The notes beneath the pieces are model-generated. The model was not told the DNA's origin. It did not search any database and saw only the letters and a list, made by a program, of their open reading frames with translations. A program made the translations under genes and the position numbers. DNA of 34,578 bases. Source: Phoronis australis. Lineage: Eukaryota > Animalia > Phoronida. Location: positions 2,253,412 through 2,287,989 of the forward strand of contig NMRA01000005.1 in assembly GCA_002633005.1 (NCBI GenBank). The letters run 5' to 3'. Shown here piece by piece: positions 22,596 through 34,119 of the stretch (within the stretch, counting starts at the first letter, position 1; each line of letters starts with the position of its first letter).

Positions 22596-23487
22596 AAAGA
22601 AACAGTAACAAATACTCCACGGCGGTTGGTAGTGAAAAAAAAAACTTGTTTTCGCTTGACCAGAACCAAGCCAACATGAGCAATTTTGAGGATAATGCTT
22701 CTGCACAATCACCTGTTTAGATCAACTCACTTAACGTACGCACACTATATGCATTAACGCGCTAAGATAAAGCCTGCAGAATATTATTATTTACTTTTTA
22801 CAAAATTGTGGTTCATTGCTATCAAAATTCGTTGTTAAATTACGATCATTTTTCATAAAATTGTGTTGAAGTCCCAGGGCGAAATCTTGCCGACAAATGC
22901 GTAGCTGCCGGTCTCGCAATCGTCGATAGGGCTTGATTCTTGAATAAGAATACAGCTTCGACTCAACAAATTACCTGAAATCCTCCTCAAGTTTTCCAAA
23001 TAGCGTCTCTAAGGTTTTTAAGTTCTTGTGGAGTCTGGATTAACTGCAGATTAAGTCCAAATCTGAGATAGATTGTAGCCCGTAACACATGTTGTTGTCA
23101 CGTGACGTTTGTATTGAAGTTTGTATGCGTGTGTGTGAGAGCATAGATTATAGCCAACTACAGTAAATTCATACACTGTAAAAGGTCACGTGCAGTGCAA
23201 CTCAAGTTCATTACAAATAAAAATCCGAACTTTCAAACCGTTTGATCTGAGTTGACATCTCAAATCAAAATTATGAAAATGCCACATAAAAGTATGAAAT
23301 TGAAAATTAGCACACGTCAGCTCCACGTCCCTACCACCCCCTTTATCTTGCTTGCTACCTCTTAGGGTTCATTTCCCTTGCTTCCGAGGTTTTTCGTTAT
23401 TCTGGACAGTGAATGAGGTTACATAGCTTTAGCAAATTTCACGGGGAAATAATATAATGACTTTACGGTTGCATTTGAACAGTGAAA

Positions 23488-24396
23488 NNNNNNNNNNNNN
23501 NNNNNNNNNNNNNNNNNNNNNNNNNNNNNNNNNNNNNNNNNNNNNNNNNNNNNNNNNNNNNNNNNNNNNNNNNNNNNNNNNNNNNNNNNNNNNNNNNNNN
23601 NNNNNNNNNNNNNNNNNNNNNNNNNNNNNNNNNNNNNNNNNNNNNNNNNNNNNNNNNNNNNNNNNNNNNNNNNNNNNNNNNNNNNNNNNNNNNNNNNNNN
23701 NNNNNNNNNNNNNNNNNNNNNNNNNNNNNNNNNNNNNNNNNNNNNNNNNNNNNNNNNNNNNNNNNNNNNNNNNNNNNNNNNNNNNNNNNNNNNNNNNNNN
23801 NNNNNNNNNNNNNNNNNNNNNNNNNNNNNNNNNNNNNNNNNNNNNNNNNNNNNNNNNNNNNNNNNNNNNNNNNNNNNNNNNNNNNNNNNNNNNNNNNNNN
23901 NNNNNNNNNNNNNNNNNNNNNNNNNNNNNNNNNNNNNNNNNNNNNNNNNNNNNNNNNNNNNNNNNNNNNNNNNNNNNNNNNNNNNNNNNNNNNNNNNNNN
24001 NNNNNNNNNNNNNNNNNNNNNNNNNNNNNNNNNNNNNNNNNNNNNNNNNNNNNNNNNNNNNNNNNNNNNNNNNNNNNNNNNNNNNNNNNNNNNNNNNNNN
24101 NNNNNNNNNNNNNNNNNNNNNNNNNNNNNNNNNNNNNNNNNNNNNNNNNNNNNNNNNNNNNNNNNNNNNNNNNNNNNNNNNNNNNNNNNNNNNNNNNNNN
24201 NNNNNNNNNNNNNNNNNNNNNNNNNNNNNNNNNNNNNNNNNNNNNNNNNNNNNNNNNNNNNNNNNNNNNNNNNNNNNNNNNNNNNNNNNNNNNNNNNNNN
24301 NNNNNNNNNNNNNNNNNNNNNNNNNNNNNNNNNNNNNNNNNNNNNNNNNNNNNNNNNNNNNNNNNNNNNNNNNNNNNNNNNNNNNNNNNNNNNNNN
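23488..24396. other. Assembly gap (909 N)
   Basis: Run of N. The long X-containing ORFs in the track are artefacts of this gap. Confidence 1.
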
Positions 24397-24547
24397 TTTT
24401 TTTGGAAGAACAACTTCCATTCACGTCGACGCGAGAACATAACTTTTTCTCCCACAGCGGATTTTGGGGTCTCCGTACACTATGGAAGCTAACGCCTCTG
24501 CATTTCGCCTGCGTAGCCGAACAACCGGCCACACAGCAGCCGACCAT
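24397..24547 (-). CDS. N-terminus of a THAP-domain protein (probable P-type transposase or derivative), runs into the gap
   Basis: MVGCCVAGCSATQAKCRGVSFHSVRRPQNPLWEKKL: THAP-like M-x-x-CCV-x-GC and SFH motifs. Intactness unknown. Confidence 0.6.
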
Positions 24548-25242
24548 GATTAGCAGACGACGTACTTGCCGGAAATTACACCAGATAATTTAGCCAGGTG
24601 TCGCCAGTGAATAATGACGTAAGGGCTTGTGCGCAAGCTCACAGATTTCGTCCATTGAAAGTATACGGAGTTGGCGGTCCATGTACTATAGTCTATGGTG
24701 AGAGTAAGCGTGCGTGTGCTTGTCATCAGAGTTCCTGTGCCAGAGTAAATGTGATGTAATGATCTAGGTGTGCATTGTATCCAAAGAAATTAACCCAAGC
24801 AGTCGAGCAGAGCGTGTTTTAATATTCAGCTTAGCACTTGCTGGCCTCATCTGCTAAAAAACGTTCGAGAATTTTTTCGGTAAGACCGATATGTCACTCA
24901 TTGAGTCGCCGGGTGAGTGGATGCGTGACCGTAGTGTAACAGCTATTTTCCGGAAGATTTGGGGTGTAAAAGTGCGAATGTATTCACTATCAGTGGGTCA
25001 TTTTGACCTTAAAAACACCAATTATGATTAGTTAAATAATTTCTCTTAAAAATAATGCAAAAGTTTTTTACGGTAATAGAAAGTTTCGTAAATTAGTGCC
25101 AATATTTATTTGCCGATGCTATGTTACCCGTTTCATGAATAGATAGTTTCCGACTAAATGTCATCGATGACAGCCGGTACATTATGCAGCGCGCGCTTCT
25201 TGGCCGCGTGCTAACACTGGTCGAGTTTTTTTATTAGTGTTC

Positions 25243-25640
25243 GATTCACGGTTTTCACGTGTACAAAGAAGTTTGGATTCCAGTTGAGGCCGAGAAGATC
25301 TGTACCGGAAAGAAACAATGCAATCCCGCTGACAAGTACGCTGCGTCTCTTTTCAAAGTCCAGACCCGCGTAGTGGGGCACATCCCTCGCAAGAGCAGCA
25401 AAGCTTCTGCGTTCTTTTTGAATCGCGGCGTAAGTTTGAAGTGCATACGGACATAACGGTGAGGCTCGTGGTCTACAAATTCAGGACTGTCGAATCTTTC
25501 AATTGATAAATTGGAGACGTTAGAACTGTAGGTACGGGCATTTTCGCATGTAGTTCATGGGCTGGGCGCTTACTTTAGCAAAGTCTGAAAACGCGTTGGG
25601 GCACTTGTTGGGACATGGGCGCCTATTAGGGCGAATAGCG
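25243..25640 (+). pseudogene. HIRAN-like domain remnant followed by a pogo/Tigger-like terminal sequence
   Basis: IHGFHVYKEVWIPVEAEKI..NPADKYAASLFK..VVGHIPRKSSKASAFFLNRG. Downstream repeats GGGCGCTTA / GGGCACTTG / GGGCGCCTATTAGGGCGAATA (25564-25637). Confidence 0.6.
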
Positions 25641-26120
25641 ACAGAATTACATGCAACAGCGTAGCTTAATGCACACAAATCACACGTCGTGCAAACCAAT
25701 CGGCCATTCCATTTACCCTAATCAATCCCAATAGCCTTTGCGCACCCTAATTTCCGGACATGCGCAATCGTTAAATCGATTCGGTTGCAACTCCGCTATT
25801 AACCCAAGACAAGGCCTTTATCAGCATTTGGACATCATAAACGAGTAAACTGTTTCATACTTTTATTTATTTAAGCAACACCACAGAAGAGCATGACTTC
25901 TGACAACAACTTACTGAGAAATTACATGTCCGGTATGCCTACATGATGTAACATGGCTCCTGAAACGGAGATGGCTATTTGTAAGTGCAGCATAGGCCCC
26001 TACATATTGCTATGTTTGGAAAATGAAGGTCTCGTTTTCATTGAATATTAATATTATAACTTTTAAAACGTGATTGTTAAACTGCCCACGGAAATTGCAG
26101 CACACTTTTTCTAGGTTTAC

Positions 26121-26640
26121 TTACTGGTCGTCGAAATTCAAAACGACACTGCTCAGTAAAAGTCTTTGTGGATGCCTTCTGGAAAATCTCGACACCACTT
26201 CTGAGAGGTCTATCGGCATGTTGTACTGAATATGTATCAATGCAAGTGCTGAAGGACGATCTTCATTCATACAAAAGTGTGTGAACTTGTGGAGACGTCT
26301 CAAACCACTTGGACTGCGTTCACATTCATTACTTGTCACAGGTAGTGTGCAGGCGATACGCATTAGCGTATGGATGTTGAGGTACATCATGTCATCGCAT
26401 GGTTCAAGCGCTGTCCTCAGTGTTGAAGGAAGTTGATCTTTAGGCATGTCCCACAATTGGACGCGCCATTTCAGTGACTTGTCATCAACTGCATCTGGAG
26501 ATGGAAGATCTGCAACGTATATGGTTAAGGCCCGATGTCTAGTTTCTCCATGATGGTCATAGCAGTAAGAACGACACTAATCACAGTGGCCACTCTTCTG
26601 TGTAGCTCACTGAACCGCGTGTTGAGGTGGTTTCTAACAA
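26121..26640 (-). pseudogene. hAT transposase C-terminal dimerisation domain (ZMYM1/THAP12-like group), copy 1
   Basis: YLNIHTLMRIACTLPVTSNECERSPSGLRRL..MNEDRPSALALIHIQY..IDLSEVVSRFSRRHPQRL. Confidence 0.9.
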
Positions 26641-27389
26641 ACACCACGTTCCTTACAATATCGCTTTTTATCACTCCGACTGGTCTGGTCACTCAGCTTG
26701 TCCGGAAACTGCTTTGCAGGTTGTCATAGCCCAGCTAGCTATTTAGTGAACCCACTTGGTACTTTAGATGATATTTACCCATTTGGCAGTTTGTACCCAT
26801 TTGCTACTTGTTATTGAATTTGCCGTTTTGCTCGAACCACTTGGTAGGCAATCGGCCAATACCCATTTTGTAGTATATACCTATTTGGTACTATGCTAAC
26901 TTGTGCCACTTAGTATCCGATACTCAATTACACATTGGGTATCGAAAATGTGGGTGTTATATCTTGTAATTAAGGAACCCATCTGGTACCTTGTGTGAAA
27001 TATTTATTTGTAGAGCTGTGACTTTGAAATTCCCAGTGCAACTTTTAAGTTGCATTGGGAATTTTAAAAATACATATTCTTGTTCTATTTGTCCCCAATA
27101 ATGAGATTTATGGCACTCTGACATAAATCCTATTATTTGGGCAAATAACATTCTACAGCCCTTTATGACTCATATCCAACTCCTAGTTAGTTCCTACCAA
27201 GTCCAATGGTAACGCTGTTTTTTCTTGCTCTCAATTTCCAGTTGGCCCAGCCTCAAGCAACAGTCCATTCACTCTTAAGTTTTCCCAATTAGACAATTTT
27301 ATACCTATCCCACCCTCCCTCTCCTGGGTTCAATAAAATCTCAATTAAACTGATTTACATCGTATACCTTTCCCTCCGTCCCTCCCTCC
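26640..27389 (+). mobile_element. Split-repeat family 2, B segment joined directly to A segment
   Basis: B (..TGTCCCCAATAAT, ~27101) is immediately followed by A (GAGATTTATGGCAC..). This is the reverse order to the 11511-12315 copy. Confidence 0.6.
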
Positions 27390-27390
27390 N

Positions 27391-29063
27391 GGAGAATGCC
27401 AGCCAAAAAACAACCTATTTTGTATCAATTTAGATCGAATAGTTCTACTCGATAACGGCACGTTCGGTTGCGTTACCTGACACCTGACGGCAGACGGAAG
27501 TGTTGAGATTATCTAATGACGTAATTGGATTCACACACAGTTCACAACACGGGTTAGTGGTGTCAGCTTATCGCTTAAATTCATCGTTTAACACCAATAA
27601 ATCATCAAACTTCGATGTAAAACCCTTAAAAATACACTGAGTTCTTATAAAAACGTGTTGTTTTATTTCGCTGTTACAGATTTACTGGTATTTGGACACA
27701 CCGTAGCCTACAATGTCAGCTGGCCAATTTACCAAGGTCCGTAGCAGGAGTTTGGGGTCTGTTCGGAGATGAATTCGAAGTATTCTTCCCTGAAATACAG
27801 ACAGGAGAACCTAGATCTGTGTTGTTTATGCTTGTGATTTTTTTAGTTCTAAACACACGAAACGCTTGTTATCACGACCAGTGGCTCGGAACCCATGAGG
27901 CCCGTCGCGGCCTTGCCGGGACTGGCACGATTATAAACCAGCTTGAGTTGGAAACTAAACCTCCTGCAGTCACGAAAATACTATAACACTGAGCCAAAGA
28001 AATAATGTGCACGAACCATTTATGTGAATTATTCACGAAACTGAAAATCTACTTACTTGTCGGGGACCGCGAAGTTGGTTTCCCCTTCCCGTCAGGGCAA
28101 AGGTTTTACAGTAACAATGATTTGAATAATGTATTTGTATTTCTAAATAAAGATTACCCTAACATGTGACCATAGCATCTAAAATCGAGTAGGTCTAATT
28201 GTTTCACAACAGCTTTCTGTCAGCAAACACTGAATTAGCATGCGCTCACACGGCCTCGGTACCCGGTCAATTACCTTTGTTGCCCGCATCAAAAGCCGGT
28301 AACGCAGTGGTTTATTCGTTGCTGGCTTCTCAAAACATTTGCACTCATGAGCACTCCCAGGCATTACAAATTGTATCTAATGAGACAGACTTTATTTCAG
28401 TTTCATATAAGCATTGGTTAGAATCATTTTATGGTGAGAATAATTCATTTTGAAACAGAACACAGAATAATAAACATCTATATGGCAACTCGCCAGGCGC
28501 CAAACCCGACTTAGTCAAGAGCTCATCCGACAAACACTACACGGATCGGATCGCTAGGTTTCACAGGCTATCAGTTCGAACCGGAATACACTGATCAAGA
28601 AATACTAGAGAGGTGCCGTGAACATGCATAGGCAAAGGAAGGTATAGATAGTTCTTTGGTAAGCCGGAATTCGTCAGAGAAATCACTGTCGACGAAATGC
28701 CGGCCACAGACAAGGAGATCAGTGTTTCACGGCTTCATACTTGCTATTAACAGCATACCTTTCAATCTTCACTATCGTGAGCCTCTTCCTAAGCATTTCG
28801 GCGTCTCGCGGAAATCAAAAAAACGATATACCCGCTTTCTTCACAGGTTCATAGTTCGGACAAGCGGGAACCGATGCACCGTAATAGCGGCATTCACTCT
28901 GCAGACGAACCACTCAGGTCGCTACGTCGCTTTTCACCTTCCTCACAGGTTAACGCGACACCTCTCAGCAAGGTGAGGTCGACTATAGGTCTGTAAGAGG
29001 CGATGTGGATATAGACCGATTAAGACGGTAAAAAAGACTAATTTAGTCGGGTGGCATTCTCCT
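27391..29063 (-). mobile_element. Near-complete copy of the short Kolobok-like family (~1.67 kb)
   Basis: GGAGAATGCCAGCC at 27391 (after the N) and GGGTGGCATTCTCCT-TTAA at the right end. Reverse complement of 16605-17945 plus the extra internal segment. Confidence 0.9.
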
Positions 29064-29445
29064 TTAATTGTCATAAATTTGCCGGTCTCTATGCAGGCAC
29101 ATATGCCTAAAACGTGAGCATAATTAACCCAAGACAAGGTCTTTATCAGCATCTGGACATCATAAACGAGCAAATTGTTTCATACTTTTATTTATTTAAG
29201 CAACACCCCAGAAGAGCATGACTTCTGACAGCAACTTACTGAGAAATTACATGTCCGGTATGCCTACATGATGTAACATGGCTCCTGAAACGGAGATGGC
29301 TATCTGTAAGTGCAGCATAGGCCCCTACGTATTGCTATGTTTGGAAAATGAAGGTCTCGTTTTCATTGAATATTAATATTACAACTTTTAAGACGTGATT
29401 GTTAAACTGCCCGTGGAATATGCAGCACACTTTTTCTAGGTTTAC

Positions 29446-29960
29446 TTACTGGTCGTCGAAATTCAAAACGACACTTCTCAGTAAAAGTCTTCGTGGATGT
29501 CTTCTGGCAAATCTCAACACCACTTCTGAGAGGTCTATCGGCATGCTGTACTGAATATGTATCACTGCAAGTGCCGAAGGGCGATCTTCATTCATACAAG
29601 CGAGTGTGAACACATACAGACGTCTCAAAGTACTTGCACTGCGTTCACACTCATAACTTCTCACAGGTAGTGTGCAGGCGATACGCAATAGCGTATGGAT
29701 GTTGAGGTACATCATGTCATCGCATGGTTTAAGCGCTGTCCTCCGTGTTGAAGGAAGTTGATCTTCAGGCATGACCCACAATTGGACGCGCCATTTCAGT
29801 AACTTGTCATCAACTGCATCTGGAGATGGAAGATCTGCAGTGTATGTGGTTAAGGCCGATGATTGGTTTCTATATAATGGTCATAGCGGTAAGAGCGACA
29901 CAAACCACAGTGGCCACTCTTCTGTGTAGCTCACTGAACATCGTTTTGAGGTGGTTTCTA
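29446..29960 (-). pseudogene. hAT transposase C-terminal dimerisation domain, copy 2
   Basis: YLNIHTLLRIACTLPVRSYECERSASTLRRL..MNEDRPSALAVIHIQY..FARRHPRRL. Confidence 0.9.
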
Positions 29961-31467
29961 ACAAACACCACGTTCCTTACAATATCGCTTTTTATCACTC
30001 CCGTTGGTCTGGTCACTCAGCTTGTCCGGAACCTGCTTTGCAGTTTGTCATAGCCCAGCTGGCTGTTTGGTGAACCCAGTTGGTACTTTAGATGATATTT
30101 GCCCATTTGGCAGTTTGTACCCATTTGCTACTTGTTATTTAATTTGCCGTTTTGCTCGATCCACTTGGTAGGCAATCGTCCAATACCCATTTTGTATTAT
30201 ATACGCATTTGGTACTATGCTAACCTGTGCCACTTAGTATCAGATATTCAATTACACATTGGGTATCGAAAATGTGTAATGTTATCTCTTATAATTAAGG
30301 AACCCATCTGGTTCCTTCTGTGAAATATTTATTTGTAGAGCTGTGACTCTGAAATTCCCAATGCAACTTAAAATATATATTATTCTTAATGGGTGATGTC
30401 AGCATTCCCGTGCTGCCATTATGGCGTTTTGTCCATGCCCATCTTGCAGAGTCTTAGTTAGTTTTATCTATTTACGTCATAATAAATGACAATATTCGCA
30501 ATCCTCCTCTTGTTTTACTTTGCAACATACCTCGTGGCGTACCCCGGGCAAAATAGATTACGATAAATCCTATTATTTGGGCAAATAACATTCTACAGCC
30601 CTTCATGACTCATAACCAACTCCTAGTTAGTTCCTACCAAGTCCGATAGTAACGCTGTTTTTTCTTGCTCTCAATTTCCAGTTGGCCCAGCCTCAAGCAA
30701 CAGTCCATTCACTCGTAAGTTTTCCCAATTAGACAATTTTATACCTATCCCACCCTCCCTCTCCTGGGCTCAACAAAATCTCAATTAAACTGATTTATAC
30801 CTTTCCCTCCTTCCCTCCCTACCTTGTGTCGAACAAAATCTGCTGCTGGTTATTGGTGTTATTACATACTCTGCTGGTACCTCCTTCAAACCCGGAGCGT
30901 ATTACTGTCAAGCAAGAAAAGACGTCATTGGCTAGTCACCAGACCTGCAATCTGGCATCCATCACTGCAGCTTGCCTCTCTCCACCCCTGTTACAGCTCT
31001 CAGCACATACTGAACCACAACACCACGATCCTTACAATATCTCTATTTATCACTCCGGCTGGTCTTCTCACTCTGGCTATTCTGGAACCTGCTTTGCATG
31101 TTGTCATAGCCCAGTTGGCTGTTTGGTGTACCCACTTGGTACTTTATATGACATTTTCCCATCTGGCAGTTTTTACTCATTTGCTACTTGTTATTGAATT
31201 TGCCACTTTGCTCGACCCACTTGGTAGGCAATCAGCCAATACTCATTTGGTATTATGTGCCCATTTGGTACTATGCTAACCTATGACACTTAGTATCCGA
31301 TACTCAATTACACATTGAGTATCGTAAATGTGTGTGTTATCTTTTGCCATTAAGGAACCCATTTGGTTCCTTCTGTGAAATATTTATTTGAGGAGCAGTG
31401 ACCCTGAAATTCCCAATACATCTTTAAATGTATATATTAATCTTGGTGTTTTGTTTGTCCCCCGTAA
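29960..31467 (+). mobile_element. Split-repeat family 2 in B-A-x-B arrangement, interrupting the hAT transposase
   Basis: B 29960-~30387, A ~30565-30714, pyrimidine-rich/unique segment to ~31010, B ~31020-31467 ending TGTCCCCCGTAAAT. Confidence 0.6.
30394..30568 (+). repeat. Isolated copy of the YR element B repeat (family 1)
   Basis: Near-identical to 6728-6892 and 7311-7455. Absent from the duplicated counterpart at ~27080-27125. Confidence 0.9.
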
Positions 31468-31469
31468 AT

Positions 31470-32045
31470 GGTTGATCCCGTAATATTGCTCAGGAAGAAG
31501 ATCCAACTCTGAGCCACTATTACCCCGGTTGCGTTGGACGCCGCAAACGCGTGACTTTGGTGGTGATACGCCATCTTGCCCATCTGACCAAAAACGACTC
31601 GATCGGATCGAAATCGGGACTGTAGCATCCAACGTGCAGGATATTGCTCGAACCAACGTGTTTTACACAAGTCGATGATGTGTTTTTCCTCCCGCTGCTT
31701 GAGCAACATCAACGAGGATTCGCTACTTTTTGGAAAAAAATAAGCACTTTTTTAGCTTATCAGTCTTGTTGCGGATGCTGTATATGGGACATGACTGTGC
31801 TATTACCAGACTCAAACTATGTGATGAACAGTGCATATAAACTGCTTTAGCGGCTTTCTTTTTTATGAGAGCCTGTGTGCCGTTCTGAGCTTCGATCATA
31901 TTAGAAGCGCCGTCGTATGCCTGTCCTCTCATGTTGCTAATGTCCATTTCCAAGTCATCAAATAATACTCGCTGTATTTCATTAGCAATGTGGTCTCCTG
32001 TAATCATCTGAAGTGCATTGAACTTCCAATATATTTTTGTCTCCC
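31470..32045 (-). pseudogene. hAT transposase central region (DUF4371/ZMYM1-like), frameshifted
   Basis: ITGDHIANEI..DISNMRGQAYDGASNM..QALIKK..AVYMHCSSHSLSLVI, then IDLCKTRW. Same strand and correct order relative to the C-terminal piece at 29446-29960. Confidence 0.9.
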
Positions 32046-33600
32046 GAGGCAGACCTTTATACACATTCCATCGCATGGTGGCTCGAGCCCCCGTGTTATT
32101 CATCGATATTAAAGCTATGAATCGAGTGGAAGTTTGGCTCGTTTTCTGCTTTTTTCAGAGTTTTCGTCATGTTTTGTTTTTCTGAGGTGGACCTTTTTGC
32201 CCACTTCGTCAAATGGGTGGGTCTTTCTAGCCCCCCGAGTCCCCCGTCTCCTGGGTGCGCACATGAATAAGTATCTTCACGTCCGCTATGTCAAACGAAA
32301 GTCACCAAGGCGATCAAACTTTTTAGAATTCATATGTGAAATTGTTACACAAATATCCAAAGAAGTTGTCATTTTCTCACTTACTATATTCAATACGCTT
32401 TTCCAAAATATGGCACACGCCTTTCTAGATCTATCTGGTACATTAAGGAATACCACTTGAATTTATTTCTTATTTACCTTGTAGCAAGTGGGTCCTTACG
32501 ATTCACTTTCATTTGTAGAAATCGTGATTTCCTTTAAAAAACTATTTTGTCCTTTTTAGAACAAGACTTCATTACCAAAGTACGAGGTATTAGAAGCAGA
32601 CAACACCAGCTACATCTACATGATTCTCAAAGCCGTTGTTCAAACTGGCGACTTTCATATCATTGACGCAATGGAAAAGGAATTATTGCTATTCGAAAAA
32701 GAAAAACTTCCGTGTAAAAAACTGATACCAGCCATGGAGAGAATGCTAAAAGAACAGGGTTCTTTCATAAAAGTTTCGGTTCCTTGTGTTATCAAAAGTG
32801 AAAGTTATGGAGTTTTAAAATTAAATAATTCTTTCTCCTCGAAGACCTGTCCTTGCATGGATTATTTGTTAAAAGTTTTGACAACAAATTTGATTACGTT
32901 AACTGTAAACTCGCTGTCGAAGGAATAGCCACGCTTCAAGCGCCATCTTTGATGTTACACCAGGCTGAGGTTGAAAATTGATTTTGAAAGAAAGTTGTGA
33001 CCGACTTCAAATTCATCGACTTGCAGCTAGCAACAGTCGTATCACCTGCAGTTGATCTGGTTATGATGGTATTCACGGGCACAAGCGTGACTTTTCGGAG
33101 ACAACACCTAACTAAAATTCTCTGAGACTATTACGCCAAATTTGTCAATGTTCTGAACATGGCGGATGTGACAGTTTCTGATCGTTTCATGTACGAGCTA
33201 CGCGCTGGAATGGGTGTTGTTTTTTTCATAGCTTGTCTACACAATATTGTCAGAGGCATAGGCGGTGGAGTGGAGGCCTCTCGTGAAATTTGGGAACATA
33301 TCATAAACACTAGGAACGATGGAGATAATGTAGATACCTTCTGTGGGCTTTTAAAGAACATTGTTTAGACTGTCTTTAAACCCCTCGCAGTCTATCCGTC
33401 CTGTTCTTTGTAAAGAAAAATGTACATAACGTCGTTTTGCTGACGGGTGTTCACCCTTCTGATTCTCAACTGGGGTAGATATATTCATTGTCCAAGATTC
33501 GGTGAATCAGTTTCCTTCGACGTAAACATTTGCCATTTTACTTGGCGCATCTCAGTAGAATTAACACTGCGACAGTTGTCAAGAGTAAGAGCTCAGTGTT

Positions 33601-33764
33601 CATAGACGGATCCAGGAGGGTCAAGGTTACAGGGCCCCTCCTCTTTTTCCCCTGATTTTATTTATATTATATCAAGCATTTTCAAATTGCTGTCTTGGAA
33701 CCGTCTTTTTAAAAAGTCTGTAACCCGCCTCCATCCTTTTAAAAAATCCTGGATCCGACCCCTA
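33601..33764. mobile_element. hAT-type MITE
   Basis: Inverted CGGATCCAGGA (33607-33617) and TCCTGGATCCG (33747-33757). Outer termini are degenerate and no TSD was found. Confidence 0.5.
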
Positions 33765-34119
33765 CCGTTGAAAAAGGATTAACTTGTATATACAGGTTGT
33801 AACAAAAGTAATAACAGACTGTGCGTTTACATCGAATTCGGGGTCACATATTCTCAGGAAGTGGCTTCTAACTCTCGGTAATTCTCTTGTACACTATTTT
33901 TTTAAAAAATGTAAATATCTATTGAGGTGTCTTTTCTGTGGACTTTGGAAGGTCACCACATTGAGTGGTTATGCTCACTTTCCCATCAGAATTGTTACTG
34001 CAAAAATGGTCAATACGGGAAAGTAGAGCCAATCAGTATACAACACTAGAAGCCCTGTTCCACGGTTGGTTGACAGTTTCCCGGTAAAATGGGCATGAGC
34101 TGTCTTACAACATCTCTTG

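Larger units (their letters stand above)
23142..24697 (-). mobile_element. P-element-like transposon (interior mostly in the gap)
   Basis: TIR CATAGATTATAG / CTATAGTCTATG (11/12), 7-bp TSD GTGAGAG at 23135-23141 and 24698-24704, THAP start ~150 bp inside the right end. Confidence 0.75.
22248..25797 (+). mobile_element. ISL2EU-like (PIF/Harbinger-related) TIR transposon spanning the gap
   Basis: AT-AGCGGAGTTGCAAC ... GTTGCAACTCCGCT-AT: perfect 14-bp TIR. Empty site at 29106-29135. Degenerate THAP just inside the left end. Confidence 0.75.
25800..27389 (+). repeat. Copy 1 of a ~1.6-kb duplicated block (copy 2 at 29125-30825)
   Basis: Collinear, highly similar sequence with scattered substitutions, from TAACCCAAGACAAGG to CCCTCCCTCC. 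Ends at the single N (27390). Confidence 0.9.

Noticed and set aside
23419-24593. Five ORFs of 330-378 aa
   Set aside because: Artefacts of the N gap; only the THAP start at 24547 is supported.
23074-24800. Possible solo LTR (TGT.. start, AGTAAA, ..CA) hosting the P-like element
   Set aside because: Could not find matching termini with a 4-6-bp TSD.
32443-33545. TTAAGG-starting segment and short ORFs (32620-32928, 33159-33368) as another TTAA element
   Set aside because: No matching right terminus found and the peptides are unrecognisable.
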